A DNA stretch of 64,000 bases, from contig OZ241830.1 of the NCBI GenBank assembly GCA_965202585.1, forward strand, positions 59,148,001 through 59,212,000, read 5' to 3'. Positions 51,689 to 64,000 of this stretch are shown here, piece by piece (the first letter of the stretch is position 1; each line of letters opens with the position of its first letter). This DNA is from Thalia democratica. Lineage: Eukaryota. The notes below the pieces were generated by a model. That model was not told the DNA's origin. It ran no database searches and worked only from the letters and a program-made list of their open reading frames with translations. A program made the position numbers and the translations under genes.

Positions 51689-53787
51689 GTATTTAGATAT
51701 AATATTTCGATGCAAAAGTTGAAGAAAAAAATTAAGAAAAAAGACTGCATAAAGAAGTAATTTATTTAGAGAACTTTTAACAAAGTGTTTTCAGTAGAAA
51801 TGTTTTTAAAAATGAAACACTACTAAATGATTTTACATTTAAAACATTTTAAATCTGCTTCTAAAATGACGTAATAAAGAAAATAAATATGTACTGTTTA
51901 AGTCTTTAAACTCGATTTTGATTTGGTTAAAACTGTTTCTTTATCTGAGAAACAAGCAACGATGTATGTAGATATAGAGTCGTTGTGGTAATGAGTTTGG
52001 AAATTAACAGCTTAATGATTCCACTACCGATCAACATGTGCTGATAATTAAAAAAAGACAATTATCAGAAAAAGCTACTAAAAATACTTTTCTTGTATTG
52101 GCAAACATCTAGTCAATAAATAGAAGTTAAACGAAATATACAAAAAAACTAACAATTTTTTATTTAAGCGAAGTATTAAAAATCTTTCAAACAAATTATG
52201 GATTTTTAAGTTTTATACTATTTAATTTATTTTAAAAGAGGTATTGTTTATGTATTTATAAAACTATATTTATAATAATTATTTATATATGGTTAAATTG
52301 AATACAAACTTTGAAAGTTATCGATAATAACTCTGTTGGAAATTTTTTCTGTTGAAAATAGTCTAGTTTACAAGTTTTTTCAAACATATTGTAACTTTAC
52401 AAACCAAATAACGTCTTTACATTTCAAAACTTATCTGACAGCCTGATGAAAGCTTATGCTCTGATGATCTAATTGATATCATCGAAACTTGTTGCTAATA
52501 AAGTTTATAAAAACAACACAATCATTCTAAAGTTTAAAAGGTTTTTAATCCATCGAATTTTAAAACCTACACTTTGTATTAAAACAACACCAAACTTATC
52601 ATTGGTAAATACTTTTAAACTTACTAAACTAATAACTTTATTTTCTTCTCTAAATTCTTGTAATGACAGTTTATGGATTATAGTCAAAACTTTATTGAGC
52701 TTAAAATCTTAGATTATTCAAAACGATTTTGCCTTTGATTATTAAAATTTCATATCATTAAAAATAGTAAGATAATATAATTCAAAAACTTCTCTAGTTT
52801 ATGATATTTTTTTTTGCGAACCATGTACAGAAATGTTTTTTTCTCATAAAGAATTTTAAGATAAACATGCTAAAGAAAGCGTTTAAACTATATTATTTAT
52901 TTTACTGCAAAATAATTAGAAAAATAATACTTTATACAGTGAACAAGTACAGGTTTAAGAACGAAAAAACTGTGGACACAAACTAAAACGAAGTGATAAT
53001 TGTATATAATATATTTATATTACAGTGCAACTTTTTTCAAAAGAAACGAATGTTATATTAGACATAATTGTTTCCTTATTTTTTCCAGTATTTGCTGCTA
53101 TAATGTTAAAGAAGTACTTTTGTATAGTGTCATTAATAAACAAAACGATCTTAAATTATTTTTTATGTATAACATGCATTTTTTTAAACTTTATAATAAA
53201 AATCTTAAAAAAAAAATTAATCACCTAATAAAAACTTAATTAATGATATGAAACTGAGTATATTTGATTTATCAAAAGATTCTAAAAATTTATAATAGTG
53301 ATATTTTTTGTAGGATTCGCATTTTTTTATTGTAGCAAAATTAAAAAAGTTATAAACGTGTCTTTTTTAAAATGGACCGTAACTTATTTGTTTTTTACTT
53401 TTATGTGAATATGACACTTTCTGTAAAAGTGTTGTTTGGGAAAAAAACACACATTAAAACTAATTTTTACTTAAGCAAGTTGCTTTTAAATTTTTTATAA
53501 CTGATTAGAAGTGATATTCAATCAAACCATTTGAAACTGATTTTTTTTGAACAGAAATTTAACAGTGTAGTTCGTTTATTTTAAATTAGTATAATAAACA
53601 GAATTTTTACTAAAACATTTAAAACTCTGATGTATCTTAAAGAGAATGTATAAGTTTGCAAGAATAAACTCTTGATAAATAAACAATACAGTGGTTTGAA
53701 ATATGCAGTTGATTAAAAAAGGCATTATTCTGTTTTGAATAAAAACAAAGCAATAAATTAAAACAAAACACAAACAAAAGTTATGTC

Positions 53788-56700
53788 TTAAACAAATCCG
53801 AGATCCATAACTTTTAACGAGCTTTTTCCTTTTGAGTTTAATGTTGTTGCTGAAATTAACAAAAACAAATTACTACATCTAGTTTAACTTTCAAAGTTTA
53901 TATTTTAGCATTAACTTAATTTCTTCAAACTATGTACACACATTCTAAAGATAAATTAATTTTAGTTAATAAAAAACTGTTTTTTTATCTTAAGTTGTAT
54001 TACAATTAAAAAAAAAACTTTTAAAAAAATGTAAAACATAAAACAGTAGATAGGAAAAGATATATTTCAAAACTATTATAATTTTTTAAAAATCTAAAAA
54101 TAGATGCATAATCTTCCAAATAGCCTCAAGTTTAGTAGCATAAATACAATTAAAAACTTACTAGAAGCTGAAAAGTTTTCATCTTTTAACTGTTTGCCCA
54201 ACTCAATTTCGAGATAATCATTATCATCATCATCTTCTTGTATGTTCAAATTTTTCCACAATTCTTCATTATCATCATCTAAATTGCTTTCTTTTTCTAC
54301 AATTTATTAACTTTTTATTCAAACAACTGAAAATACAACTTTATATGAATAAAAACAACTAGCTGCTATTTTTTTAAACAATTTTTCACTGCAGTTTGTA
54401 ATTCAAAAACATATATATATTATATCCACTTTGAAAAGGTAGGTTAAAGTAAGATATTTTTTTTGTCGATCGACTTTTTAAGGTTTTTTGAGAGTAAACG
54501 GATAGCTAATTTTTAAACCTTATGTACTTGTTTATTAAGTTATAGTAAAGTTAAATCACAAAAATATTAAAACTTTAGAGTTTTAGAAATTCTACTATTA
54601 AATTTTTACTAAAAATGATAAAAAATTGAGAAAACATTGATTTTAAAAACGGACAAAAGAAAGTTTCGAAAACTACATGAGTATTAGGTTTTACTGAATG
54701 ATTTAAATGTTTAGTCATACACTCTATGACAAAAGTTTTCACTTTTATAAGTGATTTTTTTTTTGAATAAAATTCTTAAGTAATAAAAAAAAAAGAAACT
54801 AACCTCTTAGTTCTTCCGATTTTGTTTTGGCGAATTGAGCAATTTGATCGTCTCCGCAATCGGTGGCAGCAAAATAAATATCGTTATACAACTCCCATGA
54901 ACCAATGTCTTTGGCAAGTAGTAACGCTTTTTCAAGTCTGTTATGACGTAACAAATGGTGGAAGAAGCGCCTCAGATAGCTGAAACAAGATTGTTTTTTT
55001 ATTTATTTGAGAATAAAGGAAACATATACAAAACTAGTTTTATCATTTCTTATCAAAAGCTAAGTTTTCATAAACGTAGGAAATATTCATTTAATTGAAG
55101 TTTAGTAAAATCATTATAAATTTGAATGGAAAATTTTATAAAATCTAGGAAACGTATATTAATATTACAAAAATGCATTTAAATTAAATCGCCTAATACT
55201 TGTAGAAACATATAATAACTGAAGTCTGCCAGTTGTAGTTTTAAACTTTAAACAATTTCGGTTATGGACATAAAACCAACGTTAAACAAACCAATTCAAA
55301 TTGTAACGATGTTTTACCACAATCTCATCATTGATTGGTATCGAAGGGGAGTAAAAGCATGCAAATGTTTGTTCCAAATACTCTAAATTAAACATACATG
55401 TTAAATGTGTAAGTTTTTGACTTAAATAATTTATTGTGAGCAAAAACTTAAAGTAATAAATAAAAACCTTCGGTGTCAAAAGCCATAGGGACTTCCTTCA
55501 ACAGTTCATCAGCAATCATTACTAATATGTGGCAGGCAACATTACCACTCAAGTTCCAGTTTAATGACTTTAAAACATCTATCGCTTCTTTAGCCTGAGT
55601 TTGCAAAAAAAAAACACTAAAGTTAAGTATTCTAAATTTTAACAGTTATAAAACTTTAAAGATCTATGAAGTTATAATAACACTTATTTTTTACAACTAA
55701 ACTAAGTAACATTTACATACCATAGTTTTTTTTTTTAACATTTGCACACAAAACAAAACTTGATCTTATATATCAAAGTATTCTCCGAACCAATTGACAC
55801 TAAAACGTGAAACCAACTTTAAATTGATCAAGGTACATGCGCACTAGTCTTTCATTGGTGAGTTTTCCATGAAGCCGCAGAGATGCGAGCGGGCCTCCGT
55901 TGAAATGCAGCAAGACCGTGCTATGAAGCGAACTCGAATTAATCAAGGTCATATCGGATAGCCCATTGCCGTTCGCTATATTCTCATACAACTGTTTGAA
56001 GTTGAAGTTATGTTGAACTAGTTACAAAGCATTCTCACTAAGAAGCTGTATTGAAATTAATTTTAACAGGATTTTTACAGTTTACTATCAAATAAGTAAA
56101 ATCTTACAAAAATCATCAGGTATACGATACACTTAAATATATTAACCAAGTAATCAAATAATCATAAAGTAATCATCAGATTAATAAACGACAAAAGTAA
56201 TTAGTAACAGTTAAAAACATTTAAATTTATTTACGTTATAATTGATCTACAGTAAAACTAAACATAAATAAAATGAAAACAATCCTTATAAAGTAGTACG
56301 AAAATAAAGAAACAGTATAGTCAAAATCTTTTTGCTTACATAAACAGGATTGCCACAGATCAAGCTGAGAAATATTTCCTGACTTTTTCCTGACTTGTTA
56401 CTAAGATTTTCCTGACTTTTCTAAATATTTCTCTTTATTTAAACTTACTTTAAAATACATGATCAAACACTTAAAACTATATAGAACTTTAAATCTTATA
56501 TTTAGAAAGGTTAAAACAACAGTTTTTTTTGCTGAATTCAATCATCTAACTTCCATTACATCAATTGAACTATCTACATACCTCTTTTATAACTTATTTT
56601 ACAAATTTAAACAACTTTGGAAAAAATACAAAGAGGTAAAGTATACACATCAACTTGTTACATAAAAAACTAAGCTAACTGCTTAATTATAAAGAACTCA

Positions 56701-59700
56701 ATTATTTACTTAAACAAAAAAAACTTTGTTACTAAAATTATGATGGATAAACTTTTGTGTTCATAGCACAGTATCACTATGGAAGTGTTCTTACTACAGA
56801 TCATCAATACTAAAAAGCTTACAAAAACTGCTTGTTCAAGCAGGGTACTTGTTCAAATATAAAAGAAAAATTTTGCAGTATTATAATGGATATTTTATTA
56901 ATTAATAGATGAAGGCAATTGGAAATTAAACATTGTAAATTGTAAATTTTTCGGAAACTTTTGCAATTTTTATCTGACTTTAAAGGACCTTAATAATTTT
57001 TTTACCATTTAAAGCAGGGTTTCCCAAACTCGTTTACTAAATCGCCCCCTTTTCAGAAATTTGAAAAACAATCGCCCCCTACGATTTTACAAAGTAGTTT
57101 TTTTTTTTGAGTACAAACTTTTGAGCCAAAAACTTATGTTTAAAATGTAATTTAGTCTGGTACTTTTTTTGCACGCAGATTATTAAGATAAAACAAAAAA
57201 TAGTTGTATTAACAGTTTAAAATTCCTTAATATATAGATTTTTTAACAATAATAAAAAGTTAGAAAACAAAATTGAGTTTAAGAATCTTTTAAATGAAAA
57301 ATTTGAAGTCATTACAAATAGAGACCTCAAATCTATACTCTTTTAAAACCAAAAAAAAATGTTTTGAAATAAAAAATTTATTAGCTATCAAGATTTTTTT
57401 AATTTATACAGATTAATCAAGTAATAAAAAAAATATGTCAAATAAATTTCAAACTAATAAATACTTTAATCACTATACTATAAAAACTTTTAGTGTAATG
57501 TAAAACGACAAATATAAACTACAAAACTAACCAAGTCAAAATAAAACTATTAACAGATTTAAAACATAAACCATTTAATAAATACAGTAGACTTCCGCTT
57601 GAGTTCGCACTTTGAACAAAATCAAAAAGGGCAAACTCAAAAATTATTACTTTTTTTTTTACAAAATGAAAAATTTAAATATGTTATATGCAATAACATT
57701 ATGTATAAACATGAAATCAACTAAAAAATAAAACAAACATTCATTGAAAAAACTAAATCTATATAAGCAATTAATATTATGTATTTTTTTTTGTTTTATC
57801 GATACTTAGTTAGTAATAGACTTTATTTAAGTTTAATTAAAAAAATATAAACGTGCACTTTTTTTGGGTAAAAAGTGCAAACTTAAGAGGAAGTCTACCG
57901 TAATTAGTATTTATTAGGCATTATGCATACCTGTTGTAGAATAAATAACTTAAAAAAATGTTTTTTAGAAAAAGACTACTTAAATACAATACAAACCAGG
58001 TTAAAAAAGATGTGTTTTAAAAGGTCAAATAAAATAAATAAAACTTTCATAAAATAATGTCTGCTACTGAAGTCTAATATAATGTGAAGGATGAGGTTTA
58101 TGACTGCTTGCAAGTTTTTCTAATCTAATTCTTAATTAGTAAAATAAAGCCTCCTTTACAAACATTTATATTAGATCTTTTGCTCAAGATTTTGATAACT
58201 GAACTGAAAGCTTTCTCAACAACATAGCTAAAAGGAAAAACTATAAACAACAATCTAATTTTTTCAAATGATTTGATACTTTTGCTTTAGTTTTTGTTGA
58301 GTCCAAAAGCATTCATATCGTTCTTTGGAAAAATTTACTTTTAGTTTAAGGTCAGTTTGTAAGTCTGAGAAGAATTATTGTAAGTCGTTTAGTCCAAAAA
58401 GATCTGCTTCGGAGGAGTCCATACTTTTATCTATATAATAGCTTTTTTGTGTCAAATCGAAACTTTACTAGTTAATATGTTCACACTGCTATAAATATTT
58501 GATTTTTTAGGTTTTTTTTTTGACTAAATTGTCAAAATCCAGGTTTTTCCAGGTTTCAAGGTAAATTGGCAACCCCGTAAAGATTTTTTCTTAGTCTGAC
58601 TTTTCAAAAATAAGTTGGAAATATCTTGAAGTGATATTTAATAATAGATCACGTAGATTTTTACAAACCATTTATGATTTCAAATAACATACAAATATGT
58701 CAGGTTATAAAATGGTGAGAGGGATTCCGATTGTCTCTGATTTGTGTAATTGTTTAATAAGAAATATATTAATGAAAATATGTAACTTACTTAAAAGTAG
58801 GAGTCATAAGTACTTGATCTTTTTCTCTACATTTTACATAAACGAAATAAACTTTTTTGTTTAAGTTGTACCTTAGGGTCAAATATTTAAGCAAGTTAAA
58901 ATTAGTAAAATAGCAAGCTAAAATTAGTAAAATAGCTAGACAAAAAGTAAAAATTTTATGACTGCCCAAAATTTTAAAATCGCCCCCTTTTCGCCCCCTT
59001 ACTAATTATCGCCCACCCTTTCGCCCACTTACTAATTATCGCCCCCCGATTTATTAAAATCGCCCCCAGGGGGGCGATATCGCCCACTTTGGGAAACCCT
59101 GATTTAAAGGCTTTAGAAAATGAGGAATTTTGTAAATTTAAACTGACTAAATCTGACTTTTTTTTTTAATTTTGTCAAATTTCCTGACTTTTCCAGACTT
59201 TTGTCACTTTTTAAGTTTTTCCTGACTTTTCCTGATTTCCTGACTTTTCCTGACCTTGTGGCAACCCTGCATAAAACAGGTTTCCTTAACAAAATACAAA
59301 TGGCTTCTAATTCAATTAAATCGAAAACATTACTACAAGTTTTAATAATTTTAAATCTATTTAGATTATAACTGTTTGCACAAGTTGAATTATTAACCAA
59401 ATGTTCTGCAACCCTAGAATTGTCTTCACTTCTAAACCACTATTTACAACAGGTGGTAAGGATCCAGTATCAAACTTAAATAGAAGTATGGTAATCTACC
59501 AATACAGCTGCTGTTGTAAAGCACCTGTATTGGACTAACAATAAGACATCAAGGAAAACAATAAAAGAGCATGTACCAAAGAGTGTAGAGAATTTTAGCT
59601 TTTCAGATAAGAAAGACGATACACCGGTCAAAGTTTTAAATGCATCTAAACGTTCATCTATAGCAGAACATTTGGTTAATATTCAACTTGTGTTAATCTT

Positions 59701-62700
59701 GTAGTTATAATCTAAATATACTTAAAATTACTAAAACTTGTAGTAATGTTTTTAATTTAACGAAATTATAAGCCATTTTTATTTTGTTAAGGAAACCTGA
59801 TTTATGTAAGCAAAACGATTTTGACTATACTGTTTCTTTATTTTCGTAATACTTTATAAGGATTGTTTTCATTTTATTTATGTTTAGTTTTATTGTAGAT
59901 CAATCATAACGTAAGTAAACTTAAATAATTTTAACTGTTACTAATTGTTTTTGTCGTTTATTAATTAGTTGATTACTTGGTTACTATGCAAGTTTGTAAA
60001 ATCTTATTACTTGTTACCTTTGTACTCTATTGATGAGAATTGCTCGAAATGTATTTAGTTTTATTGAAATTGTGTGTCTTTTATTTCTTGTTGTATAATT
60101 ACTGGTCACTTTTGTTTCAATATTTGAATATAATATTAACACGAAATCATGATATAATTATTAATAATCATCAATTAAGAACTTATAAATACTTTTAAAC
60201 TAAAACTTAATAGTACGAAATCAATACAATAGCTTTCTATATAATTTTGAAGCACCTATAAAAAAGTATTACAAAACTTTACGTAATAAATTAGAAACTG
60301 GCAATGCCTAAATTCATGTTGATTCATTTAGTAATTTATTGTTTATAGAAATCGTTTGATTTAAACTTATCAATCTTATTGTCTGAAGTTCAAGAACTTA
60401 ATAGATAAAAATTAGCATCTACCATTTAAGTGAAGTTTGAAAAAGTTTGGTAATCATATAACAAACATTTATACTGTATTAAAACCTATCGAGATAAGTA
60501 TATCATTATTAAAAGTACGTTTTACAAACTAGTAACAATGTTGATTTGTAAACACAAGTTAATCACAAACATTGATTTCTTCTGTACTGCTTCCATGAAA
60601 GTCAGTGAAATTAACTCTGTTCAAGGCAGCATCGAATATAGAAATTTCACCTTTTCCACTCGCCACCAATACACAGTCTTCCAACCACAAAAGCTGAAAG
60701 TACCTTGTTACTAATATTGTGTGTTGAGTAAATCAATTCTATTTAGGATTTTAAGATTTAAACATCAATTTCCCATTACTAAATTATCACAAAACAACTT
60801 GTAATTTCACAAAAGTATCATACAATATATTAGTTGATGTCAAACAAGTTTGTATCAATTACATATCTTTTGTTATTAACATTTAGGAATTCAAGTTATT
60901 TATAACTTACTAGAAAAAATATATACACATTTACTGGTACAAAGAACTATTTATTAGATCAGTTAAAACTTATATTAACTTTAAAAAAATTATGTTTGTC
61001 TTTATTTTTTATTTTTTCAATTCTTTTGAAGAACTGTGTTTTTTATGTGTGATGTTTAAACATAAATAGGGCTACAGCTTTAAAACAAAACAGCAAAAAG
61101 AAAACCTTGTTAGGAACTAGTGACTTAATTTTAGCACTAATCAAAGGTTGCACATCATCACAAACAATTGTTACGTCATATATCAATAACTTTCCATCAC
61201 TGCAGCCGACTACCACCTTTGTATTATCTCTAGAAAAAATATTATTAGTGTAATTAATGGTTTTGACAAATTTAGTTTGTTTTAGTAGTTAAATAATTCT
61301 GCTTTTTAAAAGTCTATTTTATTTAGTTGCCAAATAATATTTAAGTAAAGTATATTTTATTTAAAAATAGTGAATAACTTATTAATGCAAGCAGATATTA
61401 CTCCGGAATAAACTTCGCCATTTGGCAATTTCAATTTTTTCACGCTCAGTCTACTTATTTGCAAATTTGACGTTATCTCATACATAACGTAACTCAACAG
61501 ATGTTCACAAGAACTTTTATTTCTTGGTCGTTCGAGTGTCAAAAACTGTTTAGTATTTAATTTCAGTTTGACAAAAAAAACTATGTTGTTTTTGATCAAT
61601 TAAAAACTTATTCTGTAGTTAAAAATTATTATTATTATTATTCATCGAAGACAATATTTGTCTGTAAACAGAACAATTTGACTAAAACTTTTTTATTCAG
61701 TTTTTGACTGAACATTTTAATTTTGAATGAAACTCGATAAAACAAGTCCAAGAAGAAACTTAAATCAAAAATGTAGTTTAAAAAATCAATTTTAAGATTT
61801 TTTAAAGGTAACCCAAGCGAAAATTCATCAATACACTAATATTACAACCATGAATTTCAAAAAAAAAATTAAAACATATCAAATTATAAACTTTTAAATA
61901 CAGTAATTAAAGTTTAAATACACAGAAGAAAAAACTTGATAAGGCTGTTTAAAAGTTAATTAGACAGGTATCCTAAATTAAAAAATATAATTGATTAGAC
62001 TTTTATTGAATGTTATTTCAAAAGAAATAGTCAAAGAAGAAACTAATAAATAATTTTCTAAAACTATAATCATAAATTGTAAACATTTCATACATTTTTT
62101 TACCGTTCATTTAAAAAATATTTATAAAGAGAGAATTTTTTATGATTACTTATTTTACATTTTCCAGTTTTTTTAAAGTAAAATTTTCATACTTTTACTG
62201 TTTTTAATATTTCATTCTTGCATACAAAACATTTAAGTTAAAAATCAAACTTAAAATAAAGATGCGTTAAATCTAAAAAAACTGTGTTCACTTACTATAT
62301 TTTTTTGAGAATCATCAAAATGCAGATAAAACAACTCTTCTGCAGTTAACAATGTAGACATTACGTCAAACCTAAAATTTATAAACATTTTTTTTATCTT
62401 CAAAAATAAAAATTGATCTTTCAATTACTTTTTCACAACAAAAATTTGGAGTAGAATAAAATAACACAAGATTTGGTATTAAAAAGATAAAGCAAACCTG
62501 AAGTTAGTGCAGTCTATCAGCACGACATTAACTTGATCTTGTTTTGATATATTCTGTAAAAGTCTGCCCAGCTTCCACCAGCAAATTAATAAATCATTTG
62601 TTTTGTTATAAACAAGTCTTCTGTTAAGCTCCTTTGAAACTGGACCTATTTGATTTGAAAGATTTACTAAAATATTACTTTAGTTTTTTTCTAACTAAGA

Positions 62701-63244
62701 GAATAGTTGATGGAAAGATTACAAGCAAGATGAAGATTAATTTAAGCTAAATAAAAAGTAAAATGTAATAATAATAATATAAACAAAATACTTCACTTAA
62801 CTAGATAATTAATTTTTGTCAACATATTTTGGGTTAATTGTAAAAAATTAATTAAATCATTTATTTACCTTGATTTGTGATTAATTAACAATAATGTTTA
62901 ATATTTTATTATAATTTTTTTTTGAAGACATCCAAATTTGTTTTATCGAAAAATTCTTCAATAGTAAATAGAAAAATCTTTGTAGTTAATATATTTTTTT
63001 TTGTTAAAATCTCTAAAATTTGGCTTTCCGGCAACAAACTTTCAAAAACAAAACTTTCGTTTATAGTACCTTTGATAAAAAAATTAAGCTTCAGTCTAAC
63101 TTAAGTTGTATATATACGTTTAAGAAATTAGTTAAACGTATTGTAAGTGTATTGAAAATTAATAGAACTATACTACCCACCAGGAATGCTTTTAAAGATA
63201 GGTTTATTGTCAGGTTTTCCGAACATAAATGCAACTTGGCTTGA
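53788..63244 (-). CDS. WDPCP: WD repeat-containing and planar cell polarity effector (fritz) orthologue, 5'-incomplete. Exons 63181-63244, 62498-62666, 61379-61612 (in-frame TAA 61600-61602), 61106-61229, 60571-60693, 55818-55991, 55468-55594, 55292-55382, 54804-54979, 54162-54296, 53788-53849
   Basis: The exons chain in phase with GT-AG introns. Recognisable WDPCP/Fritz motifs: LLICWW, VVGCSDG.LLIYD, GEISIFDAAL, LHFNGGPL, EAIDVL.SLNW, FYSP..P, YLRRFFHHLLRH.RLEKALLLA.DIG, and C-terminal SLKVMDLGFV*. Confidence 0.92.
57015..59101. mobile_element. Non-autonomous hAT (Charlie/Buster-type), TIR CAGGGTTTCCCAAA, 8-bp TSD ATTTAAAG
   Basis: ATTTAAAG|CAGGGTTTCCCAAA...TTTGGGAAACCCTG|ATTTAAAG, with central TA in the TSD and atcgcccc subterminal repeats. 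Confidence 0.9.
57585..57900. mobile_element. Tc1/mariner-pogo-type MITE with TA TSD
   Basis: TA|CAGTAGACTTCCGCTTGAGTTCGCACTTT...AAAGTGCAAACTTAAGAGGAAGTCTACCG|TA. Confidence 0.8.
60027..60058 (+). ncRNA. Degenerate minimal hammerhead-ribozyme-like motif (U3-G8), PLE3 right arm
   Basis: CTA-TTGATGA-GAATTGCTC-GAAA-TGTA-T-T-TAG: 3-bp stem I, 2-bp stem II (GA/TC), at the same position in the 3' UTR as in PLE1 and PLE2. Confidence 0.45.
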
Positions 63245-64000
63245 CTGCAGAAAAGAAAAACTTGAATGATTTTCACTCAAACTAGCTGTAAAATTATATA
63301 CTTTTAATTGCAAGAAATAAATATTTATACTTTATGCATAAAAGAAATGTGACTTGGTGCATGATTATAATCATTTTAAGTTATAAAGAAAGTTTAAAAA
63401 AACTAAAGCGTTTAAGTGTTACTAAATAGAAACGTTTTTTGAGCTAAAAATATACTTAATACCTGTTTATATTAGAACTAAATACTATGTACTTGAAGTA
63501 CTTACTACTTATAGCAATATATACTAACTAAAAAAGACGTTTTAAACGCAAATGAGTTTTCAAACAATTTTCTTAAAAACATGCATTCAAATAAAATTTA
63601 AACGCATATTTTAAAAATATAATGTTTTTAAAAGATTACTGAAAAATATTTTTTATTAACAAACTTACCTTAAAAAATATAAATCGTAATTGATTATTAA
63701 TATTTTTGAAACATCTATGTTTGAAACTATTAATACACAGCACAATATAAAGGTGATTTTTGATGAATAAATATAAACTTTGCATAAATAATTATTTGTA
63801 AAATTTCATTTATACCACTAGCAAAATAATAAAAATAGTTATTAAAAAACATTGCTGTTACTTAGTCAATAAAGTTTACTATACTTAGAATTCACATATA
63901 TCAACATTTACTATAAACTGTCAATGTTTAAGCTTTAAAAAATTTTCAAATATTATTTTTAAAATGTACAGTTAACTTCAGTTTGGGTGAAAACTTTAAA

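Larger units (their letters stand above)
56345..59279. mobile_element. Second copy of the CAGGGTTGCCAC MITE, 6-bp TSD CATAAA, expanded to 2.9 kb by nested insertions
   Basis: CATAAA|CAGGATTGCCAC...GTGGCAACCCTG|CATAAA. Internal sequence is colinear with 51163-51688 on both sides of the nested element. Confidence 0.88.
56145..60110. mobile_element. Third Penelope-like element (PLE3) as a head-to-head inverted dimer inside a WDPCP intron: minus arm about 56145-56344 plus 59280-59409 (split by a composite MITE), plus arm about 59410-60110
   Basis: The plus arm reads PRIVF..KDPVS..MVIYQYSCCC..KEHVP..SSIAEHLVN..KPDLCKQ..VSLFS*. The minus arm repeats AEHLVN..EAICILLRKPVL and resumes (taagcaaaaagattttgactatactg) beyond the CATAAA duplication. 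Outer ends are approximate. Confidence 0.85.

Noticed and set aside
51388-51750. Lys-rich ORFs (SGKVRK repeats) at 51388-51750, 51461-51715 and 59113-59400
   Set aside because: These are translations of the (cctgactttt)n subterminal repeats of the MITE; the last is fused by chance to a PLE fragment.
9644-63276. Numerous 60-80 aa F/L/K/I/N-rich ORFs
   Set aside because: Expected by chance in very AT-rich intronic or intergenic DNA, with no motifs or splice support.

Overview
Very AT-rich, intron-rich animal genomic DNA. A Hydra-like cnidarian is my inference from base composition and transposon content, not something I confirmed. Host genes, reconstructed by hand from phase-compatible AG/GT-bounded exons: a fritz/WDPCP orthologue (minus strand, 11 exons seen, 53788-63244, 5' end outside the window, one in-frame TAA); a divergent 11-exon nucleosome-assembly-protein (NAP) family gene with a long basic tail (38572-43522), with decayed partial duplicates at 49.4-50.4 kb; the last two exons of an unidentified single-pass membrane protein (14627-15602); and weaker exon candidates. 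Most of the remainder is transposon-derived: a near-intact hAT transposon, several MITE/fold-back elements with clear target-site duplications (TA, TTAA, 8 bp and an unusual 6 bp), and three Penelope-like retroelement (PLE) insertions. The main observation is that all three PLE insertions are head-to-head inverted dimers with outward-facing 3' ends. The youngest is a spacer-less 3.7-kb palindrome. Each PLE family carries a minimal hammerhead-ribozyme-like fold about 55-65 nt from its 3' end, and the core 3-8 pair differs between families (C-G, U-A, U-G). In one copy a 12-bp duplication starts exactly at the predicted ribozyme cleavage site. No rRNA, tRNA or CRISPR features were recognised. All coordinates were counted by hand; element ends without TSDs are approximate.
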